This document shows positions 41,102-52,566 of a stretch of DNA of 64,000 bases, one piece after another. A model generated the notes under the pieces. That model had not been told where the DNA came from. It ran no database searches and worked only from the letters and a program-made list of their open reading frames with translations. Made by a program: the position numbers and the translations under genes. Origin of the DNA: an uncultured Actinomycetes bacterium (GTDB lineage Bacteria; Actinomycetota; Thermoleophilia; Gaiellales; Gaiellaceae); NCBI GenBank assembly GCA_963850485.1, contig CAWKLR010000026.1, positions 43,883-107,882 of the forward strand, read 5' to 3'. Every line of letters starts with the position of its first letter. Position 1 is the first letter of the stretch.

Positions 41102-41478
41102 CGAATCATTCTCGTGCGCCGCCAGTGGCAGTTGAGGGGGCGCGGCGCGTGGTCCGTCAACGATGATCTCACCGATCGAAAACCCGTTGTCGCCGCAGCC
41201 ACGCCGCCCGCCTCGCCTCGTTGCTCACGGTCGTCAGACAGGCGCGACCGTATCCGGTCACCATGGTCGAGTCAAGCGACCGCTTCAAGTCTGGGAAACG
41301 CGCGAGCACGCCGATCGGTTCATGGAGTGCGTCATGGCAACCGTAGGAGCGGCAGGCGCAGCCAAACCGCTCGAAGTGCACCAACCCTGGAGTTGCTCCT
41401 CTGCGGCCCCCTAAAAGGGGGTCTCCTCAGCGCGCCGGAGCGTCGACGGACTTCATGGACACGAGAAAGGAGTAAGCG

Positions 41479-41658
41479 GTGGCAGCTCACGCAGAGCAGA
41501 AGACGACTCACGCGCTCGATTCGGAGGACACGACCAGAGCCTTCGTCGTCATCCGCTCGGACCAGCGCGGCGTCCTCGCCCCCGACATGTGGGACTACGC
41601 AATCGTCGGTTGGCTCTTCGTTACCCTCGTCGTCGTCTCGGCGTTTCTCCTGGCATAG
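41479..41658 (+). CDS. possible 59-aa tail-anchored membrane peptide
   Basis: AAGGAG 7 nt before GTG 41479. VAAHAEQKTTHALDSEDTTRAFVVIRSDQRGVLAPDMWDYAIVGWLFVTLVVVSAFLLA. Good third-position GC bias. Just under the ORF-track length cutoff. Confidence 0.35.
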   Translation: MAAHAEQKTTHALDSEDTTRAFVVIRSDQRGVLAPDMWDYAIVGWLFVTLVVVSAFLLA

Positions 41659-42092
41659 CCGGACAGACAACCACAGCCGGAACCACGTTCGAGTCCCGCA
41701 CCGCCCATCAGCAGGTCGCCGAGTGAACTCGGGGCCCTAACACCCATTGACTGGGGCGGCACGAACTCTTATCGAGGCAACTCCGCCAAGCGCGCGGCAC
41801 CCCGGTCTGGTTCTGCACAACCGTGGTCGTGTACGGCGCGCCATCGGCACGAGCAAGACAAGAGGCCGGACGCATGAGGGAGGTGTAGCTGCGGCACTAC
41901 TGCCCCCTCGTCGCCCCCCACCGGAGGCAGACTGCGCCCGACCTTCTCGCACAGTGGCCGCAACGGCCTTGCAGCGACTATGCCCCAATCGGGGCATCAG
42001 ACACTGATGGCTCGTAGCATCGAACCGTGGCCCCTGGGTCGAACCTTCGTATCATCGAAGCGGGCGGAAGCTTAGAAGAGAGATGGGCGTGG

Positions 42093-42296
42093 ATGGTTCG
42101 TAAGCTCGTTGGCGGCGTGGTGACTGGTGCCGGTATCGCGCTCCTCGTCCTCTCCGCGCTCGCAGATCCGATTGGCATCGGAGGCGGCGACGATTTCGGG
42201 TGGAAGCAGATGACCGGAGTCGCCATCGGCGCGGCAGCGATCGTCGTCGGTCTGGCTCTGCTCGTGCGGAGGGACCAGGAAGAGGCTTGGCTCTAG
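42093..42296 (+). CDS. possible small two-TM membrane protein
   Basis: MVRKLVGGVVTGAGIALLVLSALADPIGIGGGDDFGWKQMTGVAIGAAAIVVGLALLVRR... from inside ORF 42027..42296. Confidence 0.35.
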   Translation: MVRKLVGGVVTGAGIALLVLSALADPIGIGGGDDFGWKQMTGVAIGAAAIVVGLALLVRRDQEEAWL

Positions 42297-42363
42297 GCGC
42301 GCGTCTGCCGCGCATGGGCTCGCAGCTTTACTCTGCGAGCGCCCACGGCTAGAGTCGACCGAG

Positions 42364-42882
42364 ATGAGGATTCCGGCTGCCGTGACCGTCGCTCTGCTTG
42401 CCGCTGTCGCCGCGGTTGCGGCCAATGCAGCGTCGAGCTCCCCGACGGAGCGGGCCGCCTGGCAGCAGTACGGCCCGAACACAGTCCTGGTGTGCCACAA
42501 GACGGCTTCCCAGACCAAGCCGTTCGTCACGTTGAGCATCTCTCGTGAGGTGCTATCGACGTACCTGCGGCGCGGGGCGACCGTGGGCCCATGCGTCTAC
42601 GGTGCGGTGAGAACGGGAGGGTCTGTATCGCTACGCACCTGGAAAGGCCAGCCGATACGCGCACTTGATGCTCGGCGGCTGTACTCGATCGTCGTCACGG
42701 ACGCGTCTCGGGTCGAGAACTTCCACCTCCGGGGCAAAGGCATCGACCGAAGCACCGGGCTCAAAGCCCGCGGAACCGTGCGCTGGAAGGTCAGACTCAC
42801 TCCCGGTCGTTACAGCTACCGGTCGGACGCACATCCGCGACTCCAGCGTTTCTTCACCGCGCGCGCTCAGGGCTCAGCCTAA
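42364..42882 (+). CDS. secreted protein with a possible cupredoxin-like C-terminal domain
   Basis: Signal peptide MRIPAAVTVALLAAVAAVAANA. The C-terminal YSIVVTDASRVENFHLRGKGIDRSTGLKARGTVRWKVRLTPGRYSYRSDAHPRLQRFFT resembles the NFHL...C/S-D-x-H cupredoxin-like modules of high-GC Gram-positives (from memory). Confidence 0.45.
   Translation: MRIPAAVTVALLAAVAAVAANAASSSPTERAAWQQYGPNTVLVCHKTASQTKPFVTLSISREVLSTYLRRGATVGPCVYGAVRTGGSVSLRTWKGQPIRALDARRLYSIVVTDASRVENFHLRGKGIDRSTGLKARGTVRWKVRLTPGRYSYRSDAHPRLQRFFTARAQGSA
42826..42872 (+). repeat. copy 1 of a ~47-bp direct repeat (3' end of the cupredoxin-like gene)
   Basis: GACGCACATCCGCGACTCCAGCGTTTCTTCAC is identical to 53959..53990. Identity continues with 2 mismatches and 1 indel. 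Confidence 0.85.
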
Positions 42883-42891
42883 CGCGAGGGA

Positions 42892-42912
42892 GTGTGCCGG
42901 GTTCCGGCACAC
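42892..42912 (+). terminator. stem-loop terminator candidate after 42364..42882
   Basis: GTGTGCCGG-GTT-CCGGCACAC followed by GCTGTTGTTCG. Confidence 0.5.
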
Positions 42913-43094
42913 GCTGTTGTTCGAGTGGGTTTCCGCCCTCGGCTGCGCTCCGACTGCCCTGCCGACGATCCGCCGAGCTACGCTTCCTTACCCTCTGGAG
43001 TCAGTGGGACGAATGATCGACCCGCGTTCACCGGCGTAACACGCGCTCACCCGTCCGTGCACCCCGGCCGCGGAACGAGGCTACGAAGCGCATA

Positions 43095-43835
43095 GGGAAG
43101 CGGCTGCGGGACGTCGCAGACGGCACCCCAGATCTGCGGGTAGGGAGGCTGGTCCTTGACGTACCAGTGCCCGTCTCGGAAGACGGCGATGTCAGCGTCT
43201 CCGTCCCCGTCGTAGTCTCCGGGGACGGGGACGTCTCCGGCCTGGCCCCAGATCTGCGGGTAGGGAGGCTGTCCCTGCACGTACCAGTGCCCGTTTCGGA
43301 AGACGGCGATGTCGGCGTCTCCGTCCCCGTCGTAGTCGGCGGGCACGGGGATGTCTCCGGCCTGGCCCCAGATCTGCGGGTAGGGAGGCTGGACCTTGGA
43401 CGTACCAGTGCCCGTCTCGGAAGACGGCGATGTCTGCGTGTGCCGTCTCCGTCGTAGTCGGCAGGCACGGGGACGTCTCCGGCCTGGCCCCAGATCTGCG
43501 GGTAGGGAGGCTGTCCCTGCACGTACCAGTGCCCGTCTCGGAAGACGGCGATGTCTGCGTTTCCGTCTCCGTCGTAGTCGGCGGGGACGGGGACGTCTCC
43601 TGCCTGGCCCCAGATCTGCGGGTAGGGAGGCTGGTCCTTGACGTACCAGTGCGCCGTTTCGGAAGACGGCGATGTCGGTGGAGCCGTCTCCGTCGTAGTC
43701 GGCGGAGACCGAGAGATCCCCGGAGGCGCCCCAGATCTGCGGGAAGGGAGGCTGGCCCTGGAAGTACCAGCCACCCTCGGATGGCCTAAAGACCGAGATG
43801 TCGGTCGTGCCGTCACCGTTGAAATCAGCAACGAC
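43095..43835. repeat. 120-bp tandem repeat array (6 units, with 1-2 nt indels)
   Basis: Anchor CCCCAGATCTGCGGG at 43126, 43246, 43366, 43488, 43608 and 43729. Confidence 0.9.
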
Positions 43836-43850
43836 CTGCCCCGGAGTAGC

Positions 43851-44754
43851 CACCTGACCGGTCGTGAAGACGACCTGCTCCACGAGCGGGGTGCGCTCGC
43901 CTCCGCTCGAGGAGAGCAGCGCCCGGTACTGGGCATAGCGACCCGCCAGGCCGATCTGCCCACCCGAGCTCGCGATCGGCGTCCAGGCGCTCCACGAACC
44001 GTCCGGGGAGGCCGTGTCACCGGTGCGCACGCTCATCGCCAGCGTCGTGCCCAGCGGCAGCTGCGCCTGCCAGGAGAGCGACTGCCAGCCCACCTGTTGG
44101 CTGGCGTCGAACACGCGCGAGAGGAACGTCCCCGTCTCCGGATAGGGGCTCATGTGCAGCCAGTCGATGGTCGAGCGTCGCCCCGCCACTCGCGAAGTCG
44201 GAGACGAGAGGGCGCATCTGCGCGGTGATCGTCGCGTTGTGCCGGGCGACCTCCTGGCCGTCGACGAAGTAGACGACCTCGCCGGTGCCCCAGGCGATCT
44301 CGAAGCGATGCGGCTGCCCCAGCGAGACGCCGCTCAGCTCGGTCTCGGTCGCTTGCCCGCCGTTGTTGGTTCGGGCATAGAGCGTCGTCGCGGTGTTCTT
44401 GGTGCTGAACATGGCCCAGTTGGGCGAGGTGTTGTAGTCGACGCCCAGGCCGGCGTGCTCGAAGGAGGCAGCGCCGAAGGTGGCGCTGAACTCCAGCGAG
44501 CGGCCGGCGGCGAAGAAGGCGTTCGTTCCCGCCCAGGCGCCGTCGATCGAGAGTGAGCCGCCGCCGACGGTCACCGAGCCGGTACCCGCATTCCAGCTGT
44601 CCGAGGTCCAGCCGGCCGGCAGCGCCGAGCCGCTGAACTCGCTGCCGACGGTCGGCGCCAGCAAGAGCTCGCCGTCGCCGTCCTCACCCACGTACAGGTC
44701 TGCGCCGAGCGTGCCCGCCTGGAAGTCGGCGGCGGTGGTGTCGGTCAGGCCTGG
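43851..44754. repeat. 0.9-kb cassette ~99% identical to 51664..52566 (first ~315 nt also at 50459..50779)
   Basis: Line-by-line comparison: 6 substitutions and 1 indel (extra G at 44169/44170) over ~900 nt. Confidence 0.9.
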
Positions 44755-47700
44755 CGTGGACGTGGCCTGGACGCGTGATCGAGACGGTCGCCGCGTTCGA
44801 CTGTGCGGTGCCGTCACTCGCCTTGTAGGTGAACGAGGCGGTGCCGGTGAAGCCTGCAGCGGGCGTATAGGTGAACGACCCGTTCGCGTTCAGGATCACC
44901 GACCCGCTCTGCGGGATCGGTGATCTTCACCGCCGACAACGAGTCACCCGCATCCGGATCGCTGTCGTTACTCAGCACACCCGGTGCGGCCACCGTCAGG
45001 GGCGTGTTCTGCTGCGTCGCGTACGTGTCGGCTACGGCTGTCGGGGGCTGGTTGGTCGGGCTACCTGCGTAGCGGGCCTGGAAGGAGGCGGCTGCGGCCG
45101 GGAAGACCGCGTACTCGATGCCCTTGATCGTCTGTCGCTCGAAGGAGGTGGCGCTCCCGTTCTTCGTGAGTTCCGACAGCGAACCGCCGCCGGCCAAGGT
45201 CGGGAGCATGGCCTGCAGCCCGTTGGCGCCCGCGCCGACGGCAATATCGAAGGAGAGACTGTCGCCGCTCCAGCTGAGGGACTCGAACGAGGAGCCGTTG
45301 CGGCCGTCGAGCCACGTCAGCAGCTGGCGCGCCGAGACGACCGGCACGCCGCGCGTGCTGCGCGGAGGCGACGATCGCAGTCGGCACGGCGTGCCGCTGC
45401 TGATCGGTGTGCATGTTCGCGGTGAACACGCCGTAGTAGCCCTCGGGCCCGACGGCCCTGTCCAGCAGCGCGTCGATCGTGAGCGGGTAGGTCTGGCCCG
45501 ACTCGTCGGTCATCTGCGTCGCCGCCTGGTAGACGTCGATCATCGTGCCGTCGACGTCGGCGAACCGCATCGGCATGCCCGAGCCGGTGAAGAGCCCGGG
45601 GCGGTCCTGGATCCACTCAGGCGGGCCAGTAGTAGTAGTTCGTGTCGAGCCGGATGCCGTGGTCGAGCTCGACCTTCGGCTGGCGTGGCGTAGTCGCTCC
45701 AGGCGATGCAGTGCGTCCGGTTCGTCGTCGGCGCCGGAACGCTCGGGAACGTCGAGCTCGAAGCTCGCGAGCTGATCGTCGTAGATGTCGCTCGAGCTGA
45801 GCACGGCGTCTAGGTCCGGCGCAGCCCGTGTTGACGTGCAGCGCGACCTCGAAGCCCTGCGGCCTCGTAGGCGGCGGCCTGGGCGTCGGTCAGCGGCGTC
45901 GCTCGGTGTAGATGTACGACGGTCGCTCGGACGCACTCCCAGTCGGCGACCGAGCAGCCCGCCGGGCTCTGCTGCTTGAGCAGTTCGAACCGGCCGGCGG
46001 TGCCGCCGTTGCCGTGGTCGTCGCCGGTCATGACGACGACGGCCTTCTCGCCGCGCGGGAAGTACCAGAAGCGCGGCAGCGGCTTGCGATCGGCGTTCAT
46101 GATGCTCGATCAGGTTCGCGAGCAGCCGCTGCTGCTCGTCCGCCTGCGGGATCGCGACCTTTGTCAGGTCGACCCAGTCGGGCTCGAGCCGCCGAAGAAC
46201 AGATCGTCCGAGCGGATCGGCGCGCGATGCCGTCGCGCTCCTGGCCGGACCAGGCCGGGTTGCCCTGACGCGTGTAGACGACCGACCGCGCGAGGTCGAA
46301 GGTGAACGCCGCCGCCTGGCCGCCGTTCGGCCCGACGCGTGCGGAGCGTGACCGCGGGATTCGACGTCGCAGCGTGACGCGGTGTCGATAGAGCGTCGCG
46401 ACCGTCGGCGCCGCTGTCGAGCGTGTACCGGTCGGCGGTGCCGTGGAACTGGATCGTCTCGCCGACGATGCCCGCGCCTGGCGCCGTCGCCGTGTCGACC
46501 TGGAGATAGGCATTCGCGAGCGTCCCCGCTTCCGTCGGTCAGGCCGAGCAGCCCGGCGAGCTGCTTGTCGGGCCGCATCGCGATCAGGTTGCCGCCGGCC
46601 GTGCACCCAGTCGGTGAGCATCGTCACCTGGGCCGCCGTCAGCGGCATCTCGCCGAGCACGACGACGTCATAGTCCGACAGCAGGCTCGGCGTGACGGAG
46701 CGATAGTCGGTGGCGGTGAAGGCGTTCAGCCCCTCGGCCCGCAGGATCTCGGCGTAGTAGCGGCCGAACGGGTTGCGAGCTGCTTCCCACGACCAGCACC
46801 GGTCCGCCCGGTCCGTCGGTCGGCGGCGGAGGCGGCGGAGCCGCCGTCGTGAACGACCAGTTCTTGTCGGACTGGAGCGCGTTGCCTGCGAGGTCCGTAA
46901 CGCCGTTCGAGCCGCCCTTCACCGAAGCGGTGTAACTCGCAGAGTTGGAGAGCGCCGCGCTCGGATCCAGCGTCGCTGTGTGGGTCGCTGAGCTGTATGA
47001 GACCGCCGCCGGGACGAGCGCACCCGACCCGTCGCGGAGCTCGAAATTGCCCGTGAGGCTCGACTCGGCGATGCCCTCGCTGAACGTGACCGTGACGTTC
47101 GCGCTCGTACCGATGCCCGCCGCGCCATCACCAGGCGAGACGGACAGAACGGTCGGCGCGGTGTTGTCCGGGCCCACGTCCGTGACGAAAACGACGTCCA
47201 CCCAGTAGTTCGTGGCGTTGAACGACTGGTCGGGGAAGGAGCCGCTCGCGCCGTACTTGTAGATGCTGTTCGGCCCGTCCTGGCCATCTCGGAGCGCTGT
47301 GCAGCGGCGGATTGTCGACGGCGGAGCCGGTGAAATAGCCACTATCCGCCGCGTAGCGGCCGTTCGGCGCGTGGTAGGAAGCCACGTAGGTCGTACCCGC
47401 CGTCACCGCCGCCGGACTGGCAAGCGAGACCTGCTGCCAGCCCGAGGCACTTTCGCCGCTGAACGTCGCCTGGGCGAGGAGCGTCCCTCCGCTCGTCCAC
47501 AGGTGACCGACGTGCGTCCCCGTGTTCGCCGAGCCCTTGTAGAACCGCAGACCGGTGACGAAGCCGTCAACGTCGGTGCGGAACTTCACTCCGAGCTCAA
47601 CGGCCGCCGTGTCCGGGTCGCTCACCGTCGCGGGCGTCGTCGAGTTGCTCCAGATACTGCATGGGCAGGTTTGGCCAGCAACCGTGACGGTCGTGCCCGC

Positions 47701-49699
47701 TGATGGCGTCTCGAGGTTTCCGCTGTCGTCGACCGCCCGCGTCTTGAGCGTGACGCTGCCGGCTGAACTCGGTGTCCAGTTGTACGTCCACGTATCCCGG
47801 CCCTGGGCAGGAAGCCATGTTGTGCCCCCGTCGGTGGACACCTCTACCCCGCCGACCATGCCGGCCGTGTCCGATGCCGTGCCGGTAACTGTGACAGCCT
47901 GGCCCGCGACGAGCGTCGCGCCTGTGGACGGCGACGTGATCGTCGACGACGGAGGGCCTGCGTCCGACGACTCGGTCGGGGAGGTGAGCCCAGGCTGCAG
48001 GGTGGCGGGCAGCGCGCTCATGTCTGCCAACAGGTTGGCCGTTGCCTGCTGCATCCGAACGTCCACGGGCACGCCGCTGCCCCGATCGTGGGTCGCGTCG
48101 AGCCCCCACGGCCACTGAATCGTGCCCGCTCCGAAGACGAGCGCACCACTGGAGTGGCGATACATCGTCAAGTTGTGCGTCGCCGTCCCCGAGGCGTACG
48201 TGGAGCCGTGATCCTGGAGGACCGGCTGGTTCTGGCGGGTGGTGGACGACAGGCGGAAGAGTCCGGGCGGACGAGAGCCGTTGCGAGATCCTCGTCCCAC
48301 TCGTAGCCCAGCGTCCCGACGGGAAGCGACGCGAACTGGCCCTGGGTCAAGGTCGCGACGTCGGTGTTCCGCCAGAACCGCATCTTCCCGTCAGCCGCAG
48401 GCACCTCGATCGCCTGAGGACCGCCGCCGTCGTTGACCATGAAGATCGTGCCGGTGAGCGCGTTCTCGGGCTTCGGCCCTTCCGGGTTGAACGAACCGCG
48501 GATCGCGCCAGGTACCGGTCCAGACGTTGGCGGCTGGATCGATCTTCGCGTTCGCGTGCGTCTCCTTGTACGAGACGAGCGTCCGGTAATCGCTCGTCGA
48601 GCCGTCGATGCTCGGTCTCCCAGCGCGTCTTCCAGAAGACCTCGTTGCCGCTGAAGAACGCGAGATTCACGCCGGCGGCGCGCGCGGCCTCGACGTTGCC
48701 GCGCTGCTCGCCCGACCAGTACTCGTCATGGCCGACCGAGAGGAACGCCTCGTGCTCGAGCAGCTCGGCGCCGCGGCGCGCCGTGTCGACGCCGCTCGTG
48801 TAGCTGACGTCGTACCCGTTCCGCTCGAGCCAGCGGACCATCGGATACTCGGCGTTGAAGATCCAGTCCTCGGGCGCGTACCCGCGCGTCGTGAACGGGC
48901 GGTTGTAGCTCACCTTGTAGGCGCGACCGGCGGGGCTGCCGACGTAGAGGCTGTTGCCGCCGTACTGGTTGTATGCCTGCCAGGTCGTATCCAGGTCTGG
49001 AAGAGGAGGTCCGAGGCGCCGTCGTCATCGCGCACGACGAACGCGATGTGGCTCCCTTCGCTGGACACGTCGTCGCGGATGAGCTTCGCCAGGTAGATCC
49101 CGGAGACCGCGTCGGCGGGCACATCCCACGAGGCAGAGACCGCCCAGTTGCCGCAGTCGACGAGGCCCGTCCCGCTCTCTGACAGGCAGTCGGGCTGCGC
49201 CTGGGGCAGGGAGGCCGACGGATTCACGGTCGCGAGCTTGCGCGCGCCGGCGCCGCCGTAGTAGCCCAGCCGGTAGATGTCGAGGTGATACGCGGTCGAG
49301 GCGGTATCCACCTTGAACTCCACATTCGTGCCCTGGTCGACGCTGATGTCGGTCGCGAAGCCCTGGATGGCGGAATCACCCGTACCCGAGATGTCCCACT
49401 CGCTGCTAGGCGAGCCCGCCAGCTGGTTCTCGCACACGATCTCGTTCGCGCCGCATGGGTCTGCCGCGGCGACGCGATCCGAGCCGACGATGAGCATGAG
49501 CACCGCTGTGACGAGCAGTCCGAGCAGTGACCAGCTCGGCACAAGACTTCGGCGGGCTTCGTGAGTCGCCGAATCGCGCGTCGTGCGAGTCAGAGAGCCT
49601 GCATCCCCGGAGACACGCGCGCGCAGCGCATCCCCGGAGGACAAAAGCTCCGCTCGCGCTGTGGGCGACGGATTCATGTACCGAGCGCCATTCGGATCG

Positions 49700-50450
49700 C
49701 GTACGGCAGGACGACGGCCACGTCCGTCTCGACGCCCCAGCCGACGGTCGCCCCTCCGCGGACGTACCAGATACCTTCCGAAGGCCTGAACACCGCGATA
49801 TCGCTCGCGCCGTTGCCGTCGTAGTCACCGGGGACGGGGATGTCCCCGCTGGTTCCCCAGATCTGCGGGTAGGGCTCCTGGCCCCGGACGTACCACTCGC
49901 CGTCTCGGAAGACGGCGATGTCGGTGGTGCCGTTGCCGTCGTAGTCGCCGGGGACGGGGATGTCGCCCGCTGGTCCCCAGATCTGCGGGTAGGGCTCCTG
50001 GCCCTGGACGTACCACTCGCCGTCTCGGAAGACGGCGATGTCGGTGGTGCCGTTGCCGTCGTAGTCGCCGGGGACGGGGATGTCGCCCGCCTGGCCCCAG
50101 ATCTGCGGGTAGGGCTCCTGGCCCTGGACGTACCACTCGCCGTCTCGGAAGACGGCGATGTCGGTGGTGCCGTTGCCGTCGTAGTCGCCGGGGACGGGGA
50201 TGTCGCCGCTGGTTCCCCAGATCTGCGGGTAGGGCTCCTGGCCCTGGACGTACCACTCCCCGTCTCGGAAGACGGCGATGTCGGTGGTGCCGTTGCCGTC
50301 GTAGTCACCGGGGACGGGGATGTCCCCGCTGGTTCCCCAGATCTGCGGGTAGGGAGGCTGGTCCTTCGACGTACCAGCCACCTTCGGATGGCCTGAAGAC
50401 CGAGATGTCGGTCGTGCCGTCACCGTCGAAGTCAGCAACGACCTGCCCTG
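49700..50450. repeat. 120-bp tandem repeat array (6-7 units, inner units >97% identical)
   Basis: Anchor CCCCAGATCTGCGGG at 49855, 49975, 50095, 50215 and 50335. Sequence lines 49861, 49981, 50101 and 50221 are almost superimposable. Confidence 0.9.
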
Positions 50451-51663
50451 GGGCCGGTCACCTGACCGGTCGTGAAGACGACCTGCTCCACGAGCGGGGT
50501 GCGCTCGCCTCCGCTCGAGGAGAGCAGCGCGCGGTACTGGGCATAGCGACCCGCCAGGCCGATCTGCCCACCCGAGCTCGCGATCGGCGTCCAGGCACTC
50601 CACGAACCGTCCGGGGAGGCCGTGTCACCGGTGCGCACGCTCATCGCCAGAGTCGTGCCCAGCGGCAGCTGCGCCTGCCAGGAGAGCGACTGCCAGCCCA
50701 CCTGTTGGCTGGCGTCGAACACGCGCGAGAGGAACGTCCCCGTCTCCGGATAGGGGCTCATGTGCAGCCAGTCGACCGACACGCTCGTGCCGCCCGTGTT
50801 GTAATCGCTCGCGATCGGCCGCATCTCGGCGGAGATGTCCACGTTGTGCCGGGCGACCTCCTGGCCGTCGACGAAGTAGACGACCTCGCCGGCCCGCCAC
50901 TCGATCCGGTAAACGTGCGGCGCGGTCGGCGACACCCCGGTGATCTGGGTGTTCTCCGGGGAGCCGGAATTGGTCTTCGCCCAGAGACCGAGCGCGAGGC
51001 TGCCGCCGCCGGTCGAGAAATGGGCCCAGGGCGCGTCGTTGAAATCGACGCCGAAGCCCACGTGTTGGAAAGCATCGGTGCCGAAGGTGGCTACGAACTC
51101 GAGCGTGCGACCCGGGCCGAACAGCGCATCGGTGTTCGCCCGTGCCCCGTCCACCGAAAGCGACCCGTCTGCCACCGTCGCGGCACCGCCGGCGTTCCAC
51201 ACCGTCTGCGACCAGCCGGCCGGAAGCGCCGAGCCGCTGAACTCGCTGCCGACGGTCGGGTGCCAGCAAGAGCTCGCCGTCGCCGTCCTCTCCCACGTAC
51301 AGGTCTGCGCCGAGCGTGCCCGCCTGGAAGTCGGCGGTGGTGGTGTCGGTCAGACCTGGACGTGGGTGTCGCCTGGACGGTGATCGAGACGGTCGCCGCG
51401 TTCGACTGAGCCGTCCCGTCACTGGCCTTGTAGGTGAAGGAGTCGCCGCCGGAGAAGCCCGTAGCGGGCGTATAGGTGAAGGACCCGTTCGCGTTCACGG
51501 TCACCGACCCGTTCTGCGGATCGGTGCTCTCGACCGCCGTCAAGCTGTCACCGACATCCGGATCGCTGTCGTTACTCAAGACACCCGGCGCCGTCACCGT
51601 CAGCGGGGTGTCCTGCTGCGTCGCGTAGCTGTCGGCCGTGGCTGTCGGGGGCTGGTTCTCGGG

Positions 51664-52566
51664 CACCTGACCGGTCGTGAAGGCGACCTGCTCCACGAGC
51701 GGGGTGCGCTCGCCTCCGCTCGAGGAGAGCAGCGCCCGGTACTGGGCATAGCGACCCGCCAGGCCGATCTGCCCACCCGAGCTCGCGATCGGCGTCCAGG
51801 CACTCCACGAACCGTCCGGGGAGGCCGTGTCACCGGTGCGCACGCTCATCGCCAGAGTCGTGCCCAGCGGCAGCTGCGCCTGCCAGGAGAGCGACTGCCA
51901 GCCCACCTGTTGGCTGGCGTCGAACACGCGCGAGAGGAACGTCCCCGTCTCCGGATAGGGGCTCATGTGCAGCCACTCGATGTCGAGCGTCGCCCCGCCA
52001 CTCGCGAAGTCGGAGACGAGAGGGCGCATCTGCGCGGTGATCGTCGCGTTGTGCCGGGCGACCTCCTGGCCGTCGACGAAGTAGACGACCTCGCCGGTGC
52101 CCCAGGCGATCTCGAAGCGATGCGGCTGCCCCAGCGAGACGCCGCTCAGCTCGGTCTCGGTCGCTTGCCCGCCGTTGTTGGTTCGGGCATAGAGCGTCGT
52201 CGCGGTGTTCTTGGTGCTGAACATGGCCCAGTTGGGCGAGGTGTTGTAGTCGACACCCAGGCCGGCGTGCTCGAAGGAGGCAGCGCCGAAGGTGGCGCTG
52301 AACTCCAGCGAGCGGCCGGCGGCGAAGAAGGCGTTCGTTCCCGCCCAGGCGCCGTCGATCGAGAGTGAGCCGCCGCCGACGGTCACCGAGCCGGTACCCG
52401 CATTCCAGCTGTCCGAGGTCCAGCCGGCCGGAAGCGCCGAGCCGCTGAACTCGCTGCCGACGGTCGGCGCCAGCAAGAGCTCGCCGTCGCCGTCCTCACC
52501 CACGTACAGGTCTGCGCCGAGCGTGCCCGCCTGGAAGTCGGCGGCGGTGGTGTCGGTCAGGCCTGG
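51664..52566. repeat. partner copy of the 0.9-kb cassette at 43851..44754
   Basis: See 43851..44754. Confidence 0.9.

Larger units (their letters stand above)
43047..49677 (-). pseudogene. giant (~2200 aa) secreted multidomain protein; reading frame broken many times
   Basis: Domain order: N,N-dimethylformamidase-beta-like domain, Ig-like domains, DUF4082, SbsA-type Ig, large uncharacterised region, cadherin-like domain, LamG-type lectin cassette, FG-GAP repeats. Ordered minus-strand fragments: 48910..49677 (signal, DIYRLGYYGGAGAR), 48347..48913 (SYNRPFTTRGYAPEDW..., HDEYWSGEQR), 48168..48440 (YEWDED), 47128..48300 (Ig-like, then CPCSIW...ELGVKFRTDVDGFVTGLRFYKG...GWQQV = DUF4082), 46668..47342, 45810..46100 (PRFWYFPRGEKAVVVMTGDDHGNGGT), 44814..45347, 44017..44817 (LamG-like) and 43047..44189 (repeats, stop). 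ATGA overlap with the upstream gene at 49674-49677. Confidence 0.7.

Noticed and set aside
41163-41414. Overlapping ORFs 41163..41414(+) and 41169..41384(-)
   Set aside because: Neither has a recognisable motif or RBS, and I cannot choose a strand. Left unannotated.
38470-50450. Possibility that the regularly spaced repeats are CRISPR arrays
   Set aside because: The period is 120 nt with no unique spacers. The units are contiguous, translate into a conserved 40-aa protein repeat in frame, and no cas genes are present.
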